A stretch of 63,511 bases of DNA, counting the filler, from Octopus bimaculoides (Eukaryota): the NCBI RefSeq assembly GCF_001194135.2. It is 8 parts of 8 records of this genome, joined end to end, with 100 filler letters (N's around TTAATTAATTAA, not from the genome) between each part and the next. Parts side by side here need not be neighbours in the genome. Positions count along the whole stretch, not along the records: positions 45,843 to 53,506 come from NW_026438581.1; positions 53,607 to 57,210 come from NW_026402015.1; positions 57,311 to 59,234 come from NW_026374619.1; positions 59,335 to 61,379 come from NC_068983.1; 4 more parts are not named here. One strand, 5' to 3'. Both the position numbers and the translations under genes were made by a program. Below are positions 48,701-61,379 of the stretch, piece after piece; position 1 is the first letter of the stretch, and every line of letters starts with the position of its first letter. Below the pieces are notes generated by a model. The model was not told where the DNA came from. It saw nothing but the letters and a program-made list of their open reading frames with translations, and did no database searches.

Positions 48701-51369
48701 TCCTATTGAGGCCAGTGAGTAAACAGAAATACCAGAGTGATGGGTTTAATGCCTTCCTTGCAACTTTAAGTTACTTACCACACAATCATAAATTCAGATC
48801 TTATTATAGACATTGTATTGTGCTGGATACATAAGATTCTATGCTCCATTTTGTATGATTGATAACAAAACTTATATCTAGTTGCTATTTCCTGATTGGG
48901 TTACTAACAGAGAGGTTGTGTATCTATGAAAGGAATTGTTATATTTTAAAATAACAAAAAGCAAGATCATTCCATGAAAGCTATAAATTAAAGGTTGTTA
49001 AGCACAAAATATATCCCTTTATCAATTAAGAGTCACAGAATCCACACCATTGGTTGATTCAAGTAATATTCCTCATGTCTTATAAAAAAAATTGGCCTGT
49101 GTGCAAAGAAGTTGAGTAGGTGCATTAACAAATAGACATACAATTTTTAGTTATTATTCAAAGTTATGAGTCAATCAGTGTCTATTAATGTTTTCTTCAA
49201 GTTTATTGTTTGATGTTACCAAATACAGTTAGATACTGCAATGGAAATAGGCATTGCTGTGTGGTTAAGAAGTTCACTTTGAAATTATTTGGTCTTTGAG
49301 TTTGGTCCCACTGTGTCGGACCTTAAATAAGTGTTGTTGACCAGAGCCTTGAGTCAATTGAAGGCTTGTTGGTGAAATTTGGTAGATGAAAACTGTCTAG
49401 GGTCTGTGCTTGTTATTTGTAGTAGTCTTAATCCATCAACCAGTTTAACAACAATGTCAGGCCTTCAGATGCCTTTAGTGGGGTCTACCCTGTTGCATGA
49501 CCTCAGGTTTGGTCTTTGGTTAGAGGATAACTTTCTATTCTATTCCAACCAGTCATGGAGGCCTTGAAAGAAGTTATGGCACTGCCCTTCTTCATATGAC
49601 TTTGCCATCAAAAGACAAAAAAATTAATTGATTTCTTTTTACTTGTACAAAAGACATTACTAAACTAATTTTCATATAACTAAAAGCAGAAAAAATATAA
49701 GAAGAAATGAATTCCACAACATATTTTTAGACAGAATAATTAAAAAGATTTTATTCCAAGTAACTAAGATTATTTAATAATTTTGAGATTGAAAAAAAAA
49801 AAAAAAATCAGAAAAATGGTTAGTATTTTTCTGAAAGATACTTTGAAATTTATTAGAAGGTTAACTGAAAGGCATACTCAGCATAACTAAAGTATTACAT
49901 GAGATAATGGTGTTATGGCTTGCTTTGTAAATTATCAATTCATGAACTTTATTCAAGCATTTTTCAGATGTGTAGTTGAATAAATTTTTTCTTTACTATT
50001 CACTGTGTATACTTCTACTGATAAAATGTAGTCAAATTCCTTCTTAAAAACTCTGAAATACCTTAGGGTATAACTTTTTTTTACAACACATTTTTCTTAT
50101 TCCATCCTTAATAATTACTAGTTTAGCTTTTAGCATTAATTATCCACTCTATTCTATAGGTGTTATATTTATTTATCTTGTATTTATTGTATATTTATTT
50201 TATATTTATATCTCACCAAATATGTATTTTATATGCATTGCTATATCAAGATATAATTTTAAACCTTTACCTAGTGTTGACTTCTTAACAGTGCTTAAAA
50301 GATTTATCTGTCAGTTTTAGCCAGATTTAAACTTAATTTTGTTTAAATTTTATATTTTTATATTTTTCTTTTTTCTGAATTATAAATCCTGATAAAACAA
50401 TTTCTCTGCATTAGGTGGCACACACAAATTGAAAACTGACAAAAGTACTGGAATTCTTCAGAATTGCATTCTGTTATTGATATAGAAATTTTTCACATAT
50501 CTTTTAGGAAAATATATTGTGTAATGAAGACGCAAGAACATTTATTTAAATTATAAACCTAAAGGTATTTTATGTTGCTTGCTCTACTATAAGCTATATG
50601 TTCTTTTCTTTAACTCTTACTTGTTTGTTATTACTTTCGTGAAAGATTTTGTTTTTATTTGTACAAATAACTATATTCTTTGATATAAGACCCTATTTAC
50701 AAAAAAGTGCTTTCTCCAATATGTCTATGTATTTGTTTTGCAAGATTCTTGATGTGAAAACATGTGTCGGGGATAAAGATGACCATCCCCAAGTATAACT
50801 TTCTGCAATAGTTTCTTTTCATTTGTAAAATATCATAATGACTGGCCAGACAATTGTTTGTTCAAATCTTACCCCTATCATTCATTGTGTTGGCAAAGTA
50901 CCAAAATAACCTTACTATAGTTTTCTTGAGGACATCCAGCTGTTTATAAAATAATTGCTTCAGCAAATAAGTTATCCAATCCCTGTAAGTGCAGACGAAT
51001 GGATGTAAAACAGTACAAAAGGTAGCTAGTTCTCATTTTAACAGTTATTCTCTTTAAGTACTTAATGTACTTTAGTAACATTCATTTTCTTTATGTAACA
51101 CACATTTTAGCAACTATTATTTTCTTTCTTCATTGATACATTAGGGATTTAATTAATCATGAATTTGCTAATTATTTTGAAAGAAATACATCTTTTAACT
51201 GAGTCAACAAGAGAAACTTCATGTAGTTGCTAAATCTGCGAGAAAATAGTAGAAAATCTCTTTCAAATTACAGCCTGTCATTAAAATAAAAGCACATACA
51301 CTAGATGATGTAACCAAGGATACACTATTCTTAGATGAATACAGGATGATCACAGCTAGAATGCACTTG

Positions 51370-51790
51370 ATTACAAGTCTGTTCAGTCTGGATAGGCATT
51401 AGAAGATGACTGCAAAGATCACTCACAGGTTGAATGCATTCCACCAATGATGTCTATGTAGCATACTTGAGATTACCTACAGGGATAGAATCACAAATTT
51501 TGTTGGAAAGAGGAATGTGACTTGCAGGTCATGTTTTCCAAAAGAATGTTCAAGACTGATATACAATGGGTACCACCGTAGGGATAAAGGAAGAGAGAGA
51601 GACCTGAAAAGATGTGGCTCCAACACCTTCAAAGAGGAGGATCTGTAACAACATAGCATCACTTGGGAAGATGATGCGGGTGATTATGCTCAAAACTGAG
51701 ATAATTGGAAACAACTTGATGCCAAATGTACAGGCCAACTGTACAGGTGGAACTAAGACAAGAAGAATTAAGGTAGACTAAGAATTAATA
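51370..51790 (+). mobile_element. RTE-clade LINE 3' fragment
   Basis: HRLNAFHQ*CL.SILEITYRDRITN and WVPP*G*RKRERPEKMW...EDL...ITWEDD...NWKQL, ending in a TAAG-rich tail. Confidence 0.75.
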
Positions 51791-52044
51791 ACAACATATA
51801 TTTTCGAAAAGTTAGTAAAGATAGAAGAAAAAGTACAATTTTGTTTGTTTCCTAATTAGATTTAGAATAATGATAACCAAGAAGTTTGAATAGTAGCAGT
51901 ATGATATTCATTTAATTCCCTTCTGGTCATATTCCCATAATCCTGTATTAGTTATATTATTATGTAGCTTAATTCATTATTAAGTTTAGTAAATAGCTGA
52001 AGTTTGTTCTTCATTTGTAAATATCAAATTTTTTTTTTAATGGT

Positions 52045-52190
52045 AGATAAGCAGAATAGTTAGAGTTTTGTGGTATTTCTTCTGGATTTTTATATCCTGG
52101 GTTCAAATCTCACTGAGGTCAGCTTTGCCTTTTGTCCTTCTGGGATTGGCAAAATAAAGTACCAATCAAGTACTGTTGTTGATATGGTTG
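52045..52190 (+). mobile_element. SINE family A, heavily decayed
   Basis: GGGTTCAAATCTCACTGAGGTCAGCTTTGCCTTT. Confidence 0.65.
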
Positions 52191-52423
52191 AGTATGGTGC
52201 CTGTATCAGAAAAACAGTTATTAATGTAGTGGAATGACATCTGGAGCATAACTTAACACTGAAATCTTATATTTTATGAGATGGTTCATAATAGGCTACA
52301 ATTGAATTTGAATTTTGATCTTTGTCTACAATTAAGTAAATGTATAATTCTTATTGCAAAGAAAAAAAGAACAGCATAATGAATGAAATGCCTAATTTTG
52401 TATCATTGCAATATTTAATTTGG

Positions 52424-52465
<42 letters not shown>

Positions 52466-52468
<3 letters not shown>

Positions 52469-53270
52469 GGTGCGGTGTCATCTAAACTGTCATCTAAATT
52501 AAGCAAAAATGAAAATAACACTGACATCTCATTTTAACAGATATTTTTACCAAAATTACATTAAAATATCTTGAAATACTAAAGGGTAAATTTATTCACG
52601 AAAATCATCATTGGCTTCAACCATAGCCTCCAGAATCTCCTGCAGCTATTCTGGATGGTTCCTTGTTAGAAAATGCTGCCATAATCCTTGCCTTCAGTTC
52701 ATCGTTGTTGTTACCAAGAGTTTTGTTGGTCTCCTGCTCAACTGAGCTCCACACATGATAATCAAGGGGGTTGTAGTCTGATGAGTTAGGTGGCCAGATG
52801 TTAGGGGTGATGTGGTCACAGAAATTGTCTGACAGTCATGACTGGATTCTCCTGCTTATATGGCATGGTGCAGAGTCCTGTTGCCAGACATAGGGTCTTC
52901 CAGCAGCCACCCTCTTGACTCAGAGCAGCACTATCTCCTCCAGGCACTTGATGTAGGCCTGCATGTTGAGTCTGAGGCTGTGTGGGAAGTTGAATGGAGG
53001 TATAACATCACCATCACTAGTGATCATTCCAAACACCATGATATTAACTGGATGTTTTTTTTTATCACTCTCAGTACATGTCCTCAGATTGACACTCAAA
53101 CCCTCTGAAATGTTTATATTGGAGCTTCTGGTGTGAATGCCTAGCACTACAGCATTTTGTTTCCTAATTTCTGGCAGAGTGAATTGCATTATGGTGCTGT
53201 TTTTCTCACTGACAATGCCCAACTGATCCTACTATACTTATGTGGTGTTCTCACTACATAAATAAATGAA
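52466..53270 (-). mobile_element. maT/DD37D Tc1-mariner transposon remnant with 3' terminus
   Basis: VWQQDSAPCH...IWPPNSSDYNPLDY has 37 residues between the second and third D; in-frame stops; TA|CAGGGTG end at 52466. Confidence 0.85.
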
Positions 53271-53606
53271 GTTTGTACGAAACGTANNNNNNNNNNCCAG
53301 ACATAGGGTCTTCCAGCAGCCACCCTCTTGACTCAGAGCAGCACTATCTCCTCCAGGCACTTGATGTAGGCCTGCATGTTGAGTCTGAGGCTGTGTGGGA
53401 AGTTGAATGGAGGTATAACATCACCATCACTAGTGATCATTCCAAACACCATGATATTAACTGGATGTTTTTTTTTATCACTCTCAGTACATGTCCTCAG
53501 ATTGACNNNNNNNNNNNNNNNNNNNNNNNNNNNNNNNNNNNNNNNNNNNNTTAATTAATTAANNNNNNNNNNNNNNNNNNNNNNNNNNNNNNNNNNNNNN
53601 NNNNNN

Positions 53607-54060
53607 GACTTAGGTGCCAAATAGAGAGATACCGTTCTCTATCCACACAAGCGATTATATCTCTGGATATTACTGGCATTTGAGAAAGGCTTTGCCATGT
53701 GTCAGCAATCCTAGCTCCCGTGGATATTACTGTTAACGTTGGCCAGACGAGAATAAGTTATCCCCATTCACAGTTAACCACTTAAAAGATAGGTGCTGCT
53801 CTCTGTCCACAACAGTGGCGGTGTCTCTAAATAGAATAAAAGTTTGTGAAATATCCTGGCAATTATTAGGTGTAAGGACAGCTGTGGATATAATTGTTAA
53901 CAGTGAACAGTCTAGGCATCAGTTGCCTTCCTTCTGAGTTAAGTACGTAATAGATAGGTGCTGCCCTCTGTCTACAGCAGTGGTATCTCTGGAGATTGCA
54001 AGCATTTGGAAACAGCCTGGAATTAATAGATAGGAGCTGTCATCATTCTACCTGAACAAA
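53607..54060. repeat. Diverged ~165-bp tandem repeat (about 2.7 units visible)
   Basis: GATAGGTGCTGC.CTCTGTC.ACA at 53788 and 53953; GTGGATAT.A.TGTTAAC at 53720 and 53884. Confidence 0.75.
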
Positions 54061-54936
54061 AGTAAGTTTTGTTTTGAAGCTTTCAACATGCTTTATATAT
54101 ATACATACATGTGTGTGTGTGTGTNNNNNNNNNNNNNNNNNNNNNNNNNNNNNNNNNNNNNNNNNNNNNNNNNNNNNNNNNNNNNNNNNNNNNNNNNNNN
54201 NNNNNNNNNNNNNNNNNNNNNNNNNNNNNNNNNNNNNNNNNNNNNNNNNNNNNNNNNNNNNNNNNNNNNNNNNNNNNNNNNNNNNNNNNNNNNNNNNNNN
54301 NNNNNNNNNNNNNNNNNNNNNNNNNNNNNNNNNNNNNNNNNNNNNNNNNNNNNNNNNNNNNNNNNNNNNNNNNNNNNNNNNNNNNNNNNNNNNNNNNNNN
54401 NNNNNNNNNNNNNNNNNNNNNNNNNNNNNNNNNNNNNNNNNNNNNNNNNNNNNNNNNNNNNNNNNNNNNNNNNNNNNNNNNNNNNNNNNNNNNNNNNNNN
54501 NNNNNNNNNNNNNNNNNNNNNNNNNNNNNNNNNNNNNNNNNNNNNNNNNNNNNNNNNNNNNNNNNNNNNNNNNNNNNNNNNNNNNNNNNNNNNNNNNNNN
54601 NNNNNNNNNNNNNNNNNNNNNNNNNNNNNNNNNNNNNNNNNNNNNNNNNNNNNNNNNNNNNNNNNNNNNNNNNNNNNNNNNNNNNNNNNNNNNNNNNNNN
54701 NNNNNNNNNNNNNNNNNNNNNNNNNNNNNNNNNNNNNNNNNNNNNNNNNNNNNNNNNNNNNNNNNNNNNNNNNNNNNNNNNNNNNNNNNNNNNNNNNNNN
54801 NNNNNNNNNNNNNNNNNNNNNNNNNNNNNNNNNNNNNNNNNNNNNNNNNNNNNNNNNNNNNNNNNNNNNNNNNNNNNNNNNNNNNNNNNNNNNNNNNNNN
54901 NNNNNNNNNNNNNNNNNNNNNNNNNNNNNNNNNNNN

Positions 54937-55370
54937 AAAACAAGATAATAAACAACAAAATGGTGGGATTTGTGAAGCTAAACGATAATGCTCCTAACTG
55001 AATCCTCATAAGTTTCAAATCTACCCTTAGCATTGCGAAACACATTCTGAAGCATTTTAGGAATTATCTCCTGCACTGCTGACTGAATGCATTCTTTAAC
55101 AATTCTTTAACCTTTGCTCCATCCTGGGAGTGGAGGTAGAGATGATGATTGCAGCGAAATTGAAAGAAAAGCTGTCGTTGACAGATAAGCGGGATCCAAC
55201 AGAAATGAAAGTAAAATTATAAAAATACGTTATAAAAATTATATATTTAAAGACAAAATTAAAAATTTACACGTTTTTTTGACAGATATTAAACGAGATA
55301 AAAATAAATAAAAGTAAGTTTCTAAAAAGATATCCGAGTTAACTGAAATAGTCAATTCTGGGACATTCTG
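54937..55370 (-). mobile_element. Internally deleted Tc1/mariner derivative
   Basis: TA|CAGAATGTCCCAGAATT end at 55370; KECIQSAVQEIIPKMLQNVFRNAKGRFE resembles a transposase C-terminus. Confidence 0.6.
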
Positions 55371-56609
55371 TATGTACGCACATACACATAGGAACACATA
55401 TAATAAGATTACATACACATGCACATACACACACGTACAGACACAGATTCAGGCGTGGTTGTGTGGTTAAGAAGCCTGCTTTGCAATCATGTGTTTTGGA
55501 GTTCAATCCTACTGTACAGCACTTTGGACAAGTGTCTTCTACTTATAGTCCCGGTTTCTACTATACAACTAACGACTTGTGAATGAATTCCATTGACAGA
55601 AGCCGTGTGGTCACGTTGTATGAAACAGGTCTTTTNNNNNNNNNNNNNNNNNNNNNNNNNNNNNNNNNNNNNNNNNNNNNNNNNNNNNNNNNNNNNNNNN
55701 NNNNNNNNNNNNNNNNNNNNNNNNNNNNNNNNNNNNNNNNNNNNNNNNNNNNNNNNNNNNNNNNNNNNNNNNNNNNNNNNNNNNNNNNNNNNNNNNNNNN
55801 NNNNNNNNNNNNNNNNNNNNNNNNNNNNNNNNNNNNNNNNNNNNNNNNNNNNNNNNNNNNNNNNNNNNNNNNNNNNNNNNNNNNNNNNNNNNNNNNNNNN
55901 NNNNNNNNNNNNNNNNNNNNNNNNNNNNNNNNNNNNNNNNNNNNNNNNNNNNNNNNNNNNNNNNNNNNNNNNNNNNNNNNNNNNNNNNNNNNNNNNNNNN
56001 NNNNNNNNNNNNNNNNNNNNNNNNNNNNNNNNNNNNNNNNNNNNNNNNNNNNNNNNNNNNNNNNNNNNNNNNNNNNNNNNNNNNNNNNNNNNNNNNNNNN
56101 NNNNNNNNNNNNNNNNNNNNNNNNNNNNNNNNNNNNNNNNNNNNNNNNNNNNNNNNNNNNNNNNNNNNNNNNNNNNNNNNNNNNNNNNNNNNNNNNNNNN
56201 NNNNNNNNNNNNNNNNNNNNNNNNNNNNNNNNNNNNNNNNNNNNNNNNNNNNNNNNNNNNNNNNNNNNNNNNNNNNNNNNNNNNNNNNNNNNNNNNNNNN
56301 NNNNNNNNNNNNNNNNNNNNNNNNNNNNNNNNNNNNNNNNNNNNNNNNNNNNNNNNNNNNNNNNNNNNNNNNNNNNNNNNNNNNNNNNNNNNNNNNNNNN
56401 NNNNNNNNNNNNNNNNNNNNNNNNNNNNNNNNNNNNNNNNNNNNNNNNNNNNNNNNNNNNNNNNNNNNNNNNNNNNNNNNNNNNNNNNNNNNNNNNNNNN
56501 NNNNNNNNNNNNNNNNNNNNNNNNNNNNNNNNNNNNNNNNNNNNNNNNNNNNNNNNNNNNNNNNNNNNNNNNNNNNNNNNNNNNNNNNNNNNNNNNNNNN
56601 NNNNNNNNN

Positions 56610-56740
56610 ATCGGTGGCGTGGAGACGGGAGGCTGTCAGGCATGGGCGACTGCTGGTCAGCCGTAAACAACCTTGCAAGGACTTCTCTCGCAGAGGGGAA
56701 CATCCTAGGTGCAATGCCGAGGCTATTCATGACCGAAGGG
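56610..56740 (-). mobile_element. RTE-type 5' leader fragment
   Basis: Reverse complement ACCCCTTCGGTCATGAAT...TTGCACCTAG...CAAGGTTGTTTA...CAGCAGTCGCCCATGC...CTCCACGCCACCGAT resembles RTE 5' regions (from memory). Confidence 0.55.
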
Positions 56741-58267
56741 GTCGTCTTTTAATGCTACTCTGGATCCCAATTTACTGCTTTGCATGTGTGGACCCCCTCC
56801 TCATAAGGACCACAAGAGGTCGAATGGGATCCGGTTGATAAGCACCGGACTAAAATATACATGCCCCGGTGGCGCGTTGTGACTTGAGCAAGATACTTTA
56901 TTTCAACTTGCTCTAGTCCACTCAGCTGGCTGAAATGAGTAGCCCCTTGTATTTCAAGGGGTCAGCCTTATCCAAATTCTCTATCTTGCTGAATTTCTCT
57001 CAGAACTACGTTAAGAGTACGGGTATCTGTGGAGTACTCAGCCAATTCACGTTTAATTTCTCGAGCAAGCTGTTCCGTTGATCGGATCAACTGGAACACT
57101 CGTCGTCGTAACTGACGGAGTATCATCAGACAGGATTACAAAAAAGAAACTTTAGACCTAAATTCACGTTAGTACGTGGTCGTAAAGTAAGAAACGTGCT
57201 TTCCGACCACNNNNNNNNNNNNNNNNNNNNNNNNNNNNNNNNNNNNNNNNNNNNTTAATTAATTAANNNNNNNNNNNNNNNNNNNNNNNNNNNNNNNNNN
57301 NNNNNNNNNNGTATACACACACACACATACACACGCACACACACACACACACACACACACTTCTCTCTGCCGATGCCTCCCTTCCTCTTCATTATGCGGC
57401 TCTGCCTAAATGAGTTCCATTGCCATTACCAATTTCGCTTTGACTTCGTTTACCCACAGAAACAAAAGGTTTATAATGATCATAACAACAACAACAACAA
57501 CAACAACAACAACGAGAGCGGTGACAACAACAACAACAGCAGCATCAAGTGAAAGAAGACGAAGAGTAATGTAAAGGAGGAATAGTAACAATAATGGTTT
57601 CTAACTCAATAATAATAAGAAGAAGANNNNNNNNNNNNNNNNNNNNNNNNNNNNNNNNNNNNNNNNNNNNNNNNNNNNNNNNNNNNNNNNNNNNNNNNNN
57701 NNNNNNNNNNNNNNNNNNNNNNNNNNNNNNNNNNNNNNNNNNNNNNNNNNNNNNNNNNNNNNNNNNNNNNNNNNNNNNNNNNNNNNNNNNNNNNNNNNNN
57801 NNNNNNNNNNNNNNNNNNNNNNNNNNNNNNNNNNNNNNNNNNNNNNNNNNNNNNNNNNNNNNNNNNNNNNNNNNNNNNNNNNNNNNNNNNNNNNNNNNNN
57901 NNNNNNNNNNNNNNNNNNNNNNNNNNNNNNNNNNNNNNNNNNNNNNNNNNNNNNNNNNNNNNNNNNNNNNNNNNNNNNNNNNNNNNNNNNNNNNNNNNNN
58001 NNNNNNNNNNNNNNNNNNNNNNNNNNNNNNNNNNNNNNNNNNNNNNNNNNNNNNNNNNNNNNNNNNNNNNNNNNNNNNNNNNNNNNNNNNNNNNNNNNNN
58101 NNNNNNNNNNNNNNNNNNNNNNNNNNNNNNNNNNNNNNNNNNNNNNNNNNNNNNNNNNNNNNNNNNNNNNNNNNNNNNNNNNNNNNNNNNNNNNNNNNNN
58201 NNNNNNNNNNNNNNNNNNNNNNNNNNNNNNNNNNNNNNNNNNNNNNNGTCAAGACGATGGGACCGTC

Positions 58268-58333
58268 TGAAGAAGAAGAAGAAGAAGAAGAAGAAGAAGA
58301 AGAAGAAGAAGAAGAAGAAGAAGAAGAAGAAGA
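58268..58333. repeat. (GAA)n microsatellite; (CTT)n at 59143-59234
   Basis: Directly visible. Confidence 0.95.
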
Positions 58334-58364
58334 AATTATAATTATAATCCTTTCTACTATAAGG

Positions 58365-58632
58365 AAAGGGGGTGCGAAATTTGGGGGAGGGGTAAAGTCG
58401 ATGAAAGGAAAAGTTGACCGCGGCGGAATTTGAACTCAGAACGTAACGACAGACGAAATACCGCTAAGCATTTCGCGCGGCGTGCTAACGTTTCTGCCAG
58501 TTCGCCATCTTAACAATAATAATAATAATGACCCTTTCTACTATAAGCACAAGGTCTGAAATTTGGTGGGAGGAGTTAAGCTAATTACATCAACCCCAGT
58601 ACTGGTACTTATTTTATCGACCCCGAAAGAAT
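58365..58632 (-). mobile_element. Two partial SINE family A copies, CpG-intact
   Basis: TTTCGCGCGGCGTGCTAACGTTTCTGCCAGTTCGCC. Confidence 0.85.
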
Positions 58633-58809
58633 GAGAGCTTAAAAAAACAATTAGTAATGGGGGTCGATTTGTTCAACTCAACCCTTTTTTAAGCCATGCC
58701 ACAGCATGACCTTAGTCGAATGGCTGAAACAAAATAAAAGCATTCTCAGAAATTGTCTCCCCTTCGCAGTCGATTACAGTCGCTGATGTTTGTTGTTTAT
58801 TTGTATCCT

Positions 58810-59000
58810 AAACAAAGATCATCTTCTTAATTCCTTCCTTCTCTTGTGGAACGTCTTTGATCCAATCAGCCATTGCTCTTCTTGTGCCATTCCCACTTGC
58901 TGGAGGTCTTTCACGAAAGTCTTTAGCCATGTCTTCTGCGACCTCCTTCTCTTTTCTCCTACCGCTCTTCACTTCTCAGCCAGTGGAAATGTAGACTGCT
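58810..59000 (-). mobile_element. RTE-like LINE 3' fragment
   Basis: GEKRRRSQKTWLKTFVKDLQQVGM resembles the RTE C-terminal GKRKRGRPKKTW...EDL motif. Confidence 0.5.
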
Positions 59001-60896
59001 TTATATTGCGGTAGACATAGAATGTAGCTTGAAAATAAGCGTTAACAACGAGCGGAAAACGAAGTAACTTTCAACGGAGAGCATTGCACTTTCTATCGCT
59101 TAGATGCAAGGAAAACCGAACCAAATAGAACCTAATGAGCCCCTTCTTCTTCTTCTTCTTCTTCTTCTTCTTCTTCTTCTTCTTCTTCTTCTTCTTCTTC
59201 TTCTTCTTCTTCTTCTTCTTCTTCTTCTTCTTCTNNNNNNNNNNNNNNNNNNNNNNNNNNNNNNNNNNNNNNNNNNNNTTAATTAATTAANNNNNNNNNN
59301 NNNNNNNNNNNNNNNNNNNNNNNNNNNNNNNNNNATATATATATGTGTGTGTATATGTATGTATGTATATATGAAAACATTTGAGTTCTTTTTCTTATAT
59401 ATATATATGTATTTGTATGTATGTATGTATGTGCATGCGTGTGTTTACGTATGTGTTTGTGTACATGTATGTCTATGCATGTGTATGTGTCTCTATTTAT
59501 ACATGTGGATATATATATGTATATATGTGTGTTTATGTGTATATGTGTATATGTATGCATGTATGTTTATACATTTATATGTATGTGTTGTCCAACCCAC
59601 TATCCGGTAGCGTCCAGTTCCCTAACGGTTTTTTTCAAATGAATCACGTCATAACCTTATCCATCTATTGTTTTCATACTCGGTCATAATGTCTTACGTT
59701 TAAAATGATTCCCATGCATTCCCTGAAGAGAAGGCTACAATGTTAACACCACAGATCCCTATGGATCACATAGTTTGTAATCCTTTGAAACATATGTAGG
59801 AATAAAGTATGCAATTATAACATGCGTGTTCTCCATTCCTTAAATTTTTAAATATATATATATATATATATATATATAAGCAATGTTAATTCTCTAAATG
59901 AAGTATTAACAGTAACTGCACGATAAAGTGTAGTATATTGCNNNNNNNNNNNNNNNNNNNNNNNNNNNNNNNNNNNNNNNNNNNNNNNNNNNNNNNNNNN
60001 NNNNNNNNNNNNNNNNNNNNNNNNNNNNNNNNNNNNNNNNNNNNNNNNNNNNNNNNNNNNNNNNNNNNNNNNNNNNNNNNNNNNNNNNNNNNNNNNNNNN
60101 NNNNNNNNNNNNNNNNNNNNNNNNNNNNNNNNNNNNNNNNNNNNNNNNNNNNNNNNNNNNNNNNNNNNNNNNNNNNNNNNNNNNNNNNNNNNNNNNNNNN
60201 NNNNNNNNNNNNNNNNNNNNNNNNNNNNNNNNNNNNNNNNNNNNNNNNNNNNNNNNNNNNNNNNNNNNNNNNNNNNNNNNNNNNNNNNNNNNNNNNNNNN
60301 NNNNNNNNNNNNNNNNNNNNNNNNNNNNNNNNNNNNNNNNNNNNNNNNNNNNNNNNNNNNNNNNNNNNNNNNNNNNNNNNNNNNNNNNNNNNNNNNNNNN
60401 NNNNNNNNNNNNNNNNNNNNNNNNNNNNNNNNNNNNNNNNNNNNNNNNNNNNNNNNNNNNNNNNNNNNNNNNNNNNNNNNNNNNNNNNNNNNNNNNNNNN
60501 NNNNNNNNNNNNNNNNNNNNNNNNNNNNNNNNNNNNNNNNNNNNNNNNNNNNNNNNNNNNNNNNNNNNNNNNNNNNNNNNNNNNNNNNNNNNNNNNNNNN
60601 NNNNNNNNNNNNNNNNNNNNNNNNNNNNNNNNNNNNNNNNNNNNNNNNNNNNNNNNNNNNNNNNNNNNNNNNNNNNNNNNNNNNNNNNNNNNNNNNNNNN
60701 NNNNNNNNNNNNNNNNNNNNNNNNNNNNNNNNNNNNNNNNNNNNNNNNNNNNNNNNNNNNNNNNNNNNNNNNNNNNNNNNNNNNNNNNNNNNNNNNNNNN
60801 NNNNNNNNNNNNNNNNNNNNNNNNNNNNNNNNNNNNNNNNNNNNNNNNNNNNNNNNNNNNNNNNNNNNNNNNNNNNNNNNNNNNNNNNNNNNNNNN

Positions 60897-60954
<58 letters not shown>

Positions 60955-60959
60955 TATAA

Positions 60960-61135
60960 CTTTACAATGAAAGTAAACAAACACATATATATATAATACA
61001 AAGAACATATATGCATGTATACACACATATATGTACATACTTACATCTACATGTGTATATAGATGCATATCAGGGTACAGGGCGTTTGAACAATCACCTA
61101 CAGACTACGGAACGAACACATAGAAAAACAGCTGT
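60960..61135 (-). repeat. Second copy of the 4970-5220 repeat
   Basis: Direct sequence comparison; both copies give the same spurious MHLYTHVDVSMYIYVCIHAY translation. Confidence 0.65.
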
Positions 61136-61341
61136 ATGTAAGTATCCGTGTGTCTGTGTTTAAATTCCCACTATCGGTTGACAACCGATGTTCGTGTAAG
61201 TACGTGCCGTAAACTAGCGGTTCCGCTAAAGTGAACGATAGCATAAGTTGTATGTTTACAAAGAATAAGTTCTGGGGTCGATATGACTGAGAGTCAAGTA
61301 AAAGAATATCTATATACATAGATACATACGTACATACATAC

Positions 61342-61379
<38 letters not shown>

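Noticed and set aside
53297-53506. Exact 210-bp second copy of 52883-53092
   Set aside because: It is identical, bounded by a 10-N gap and a join linker, and most likely an assembly duplication.
55090-55215. + strand FFNLCSILGVEVEMMIAAKLKEK with vague MazG-like look
   Set aside because: It lies within a Tc1/mariner derivative read on the opposite strand and has no splice support.
1540-58632. tRNA genes or CRISPR-like arrays
   Set aside because: The A/B boxes belong to SINE heads with no complete cloverleaf; the repeats lack a repeat-spacer structure and the DNA is eukaryotic.
58800-58970. 55-codon open frame EVAEDMAKDFRERPP... on -
   Set aside because: Another frame matches the RTE C-terminus and the acceptor is weak.
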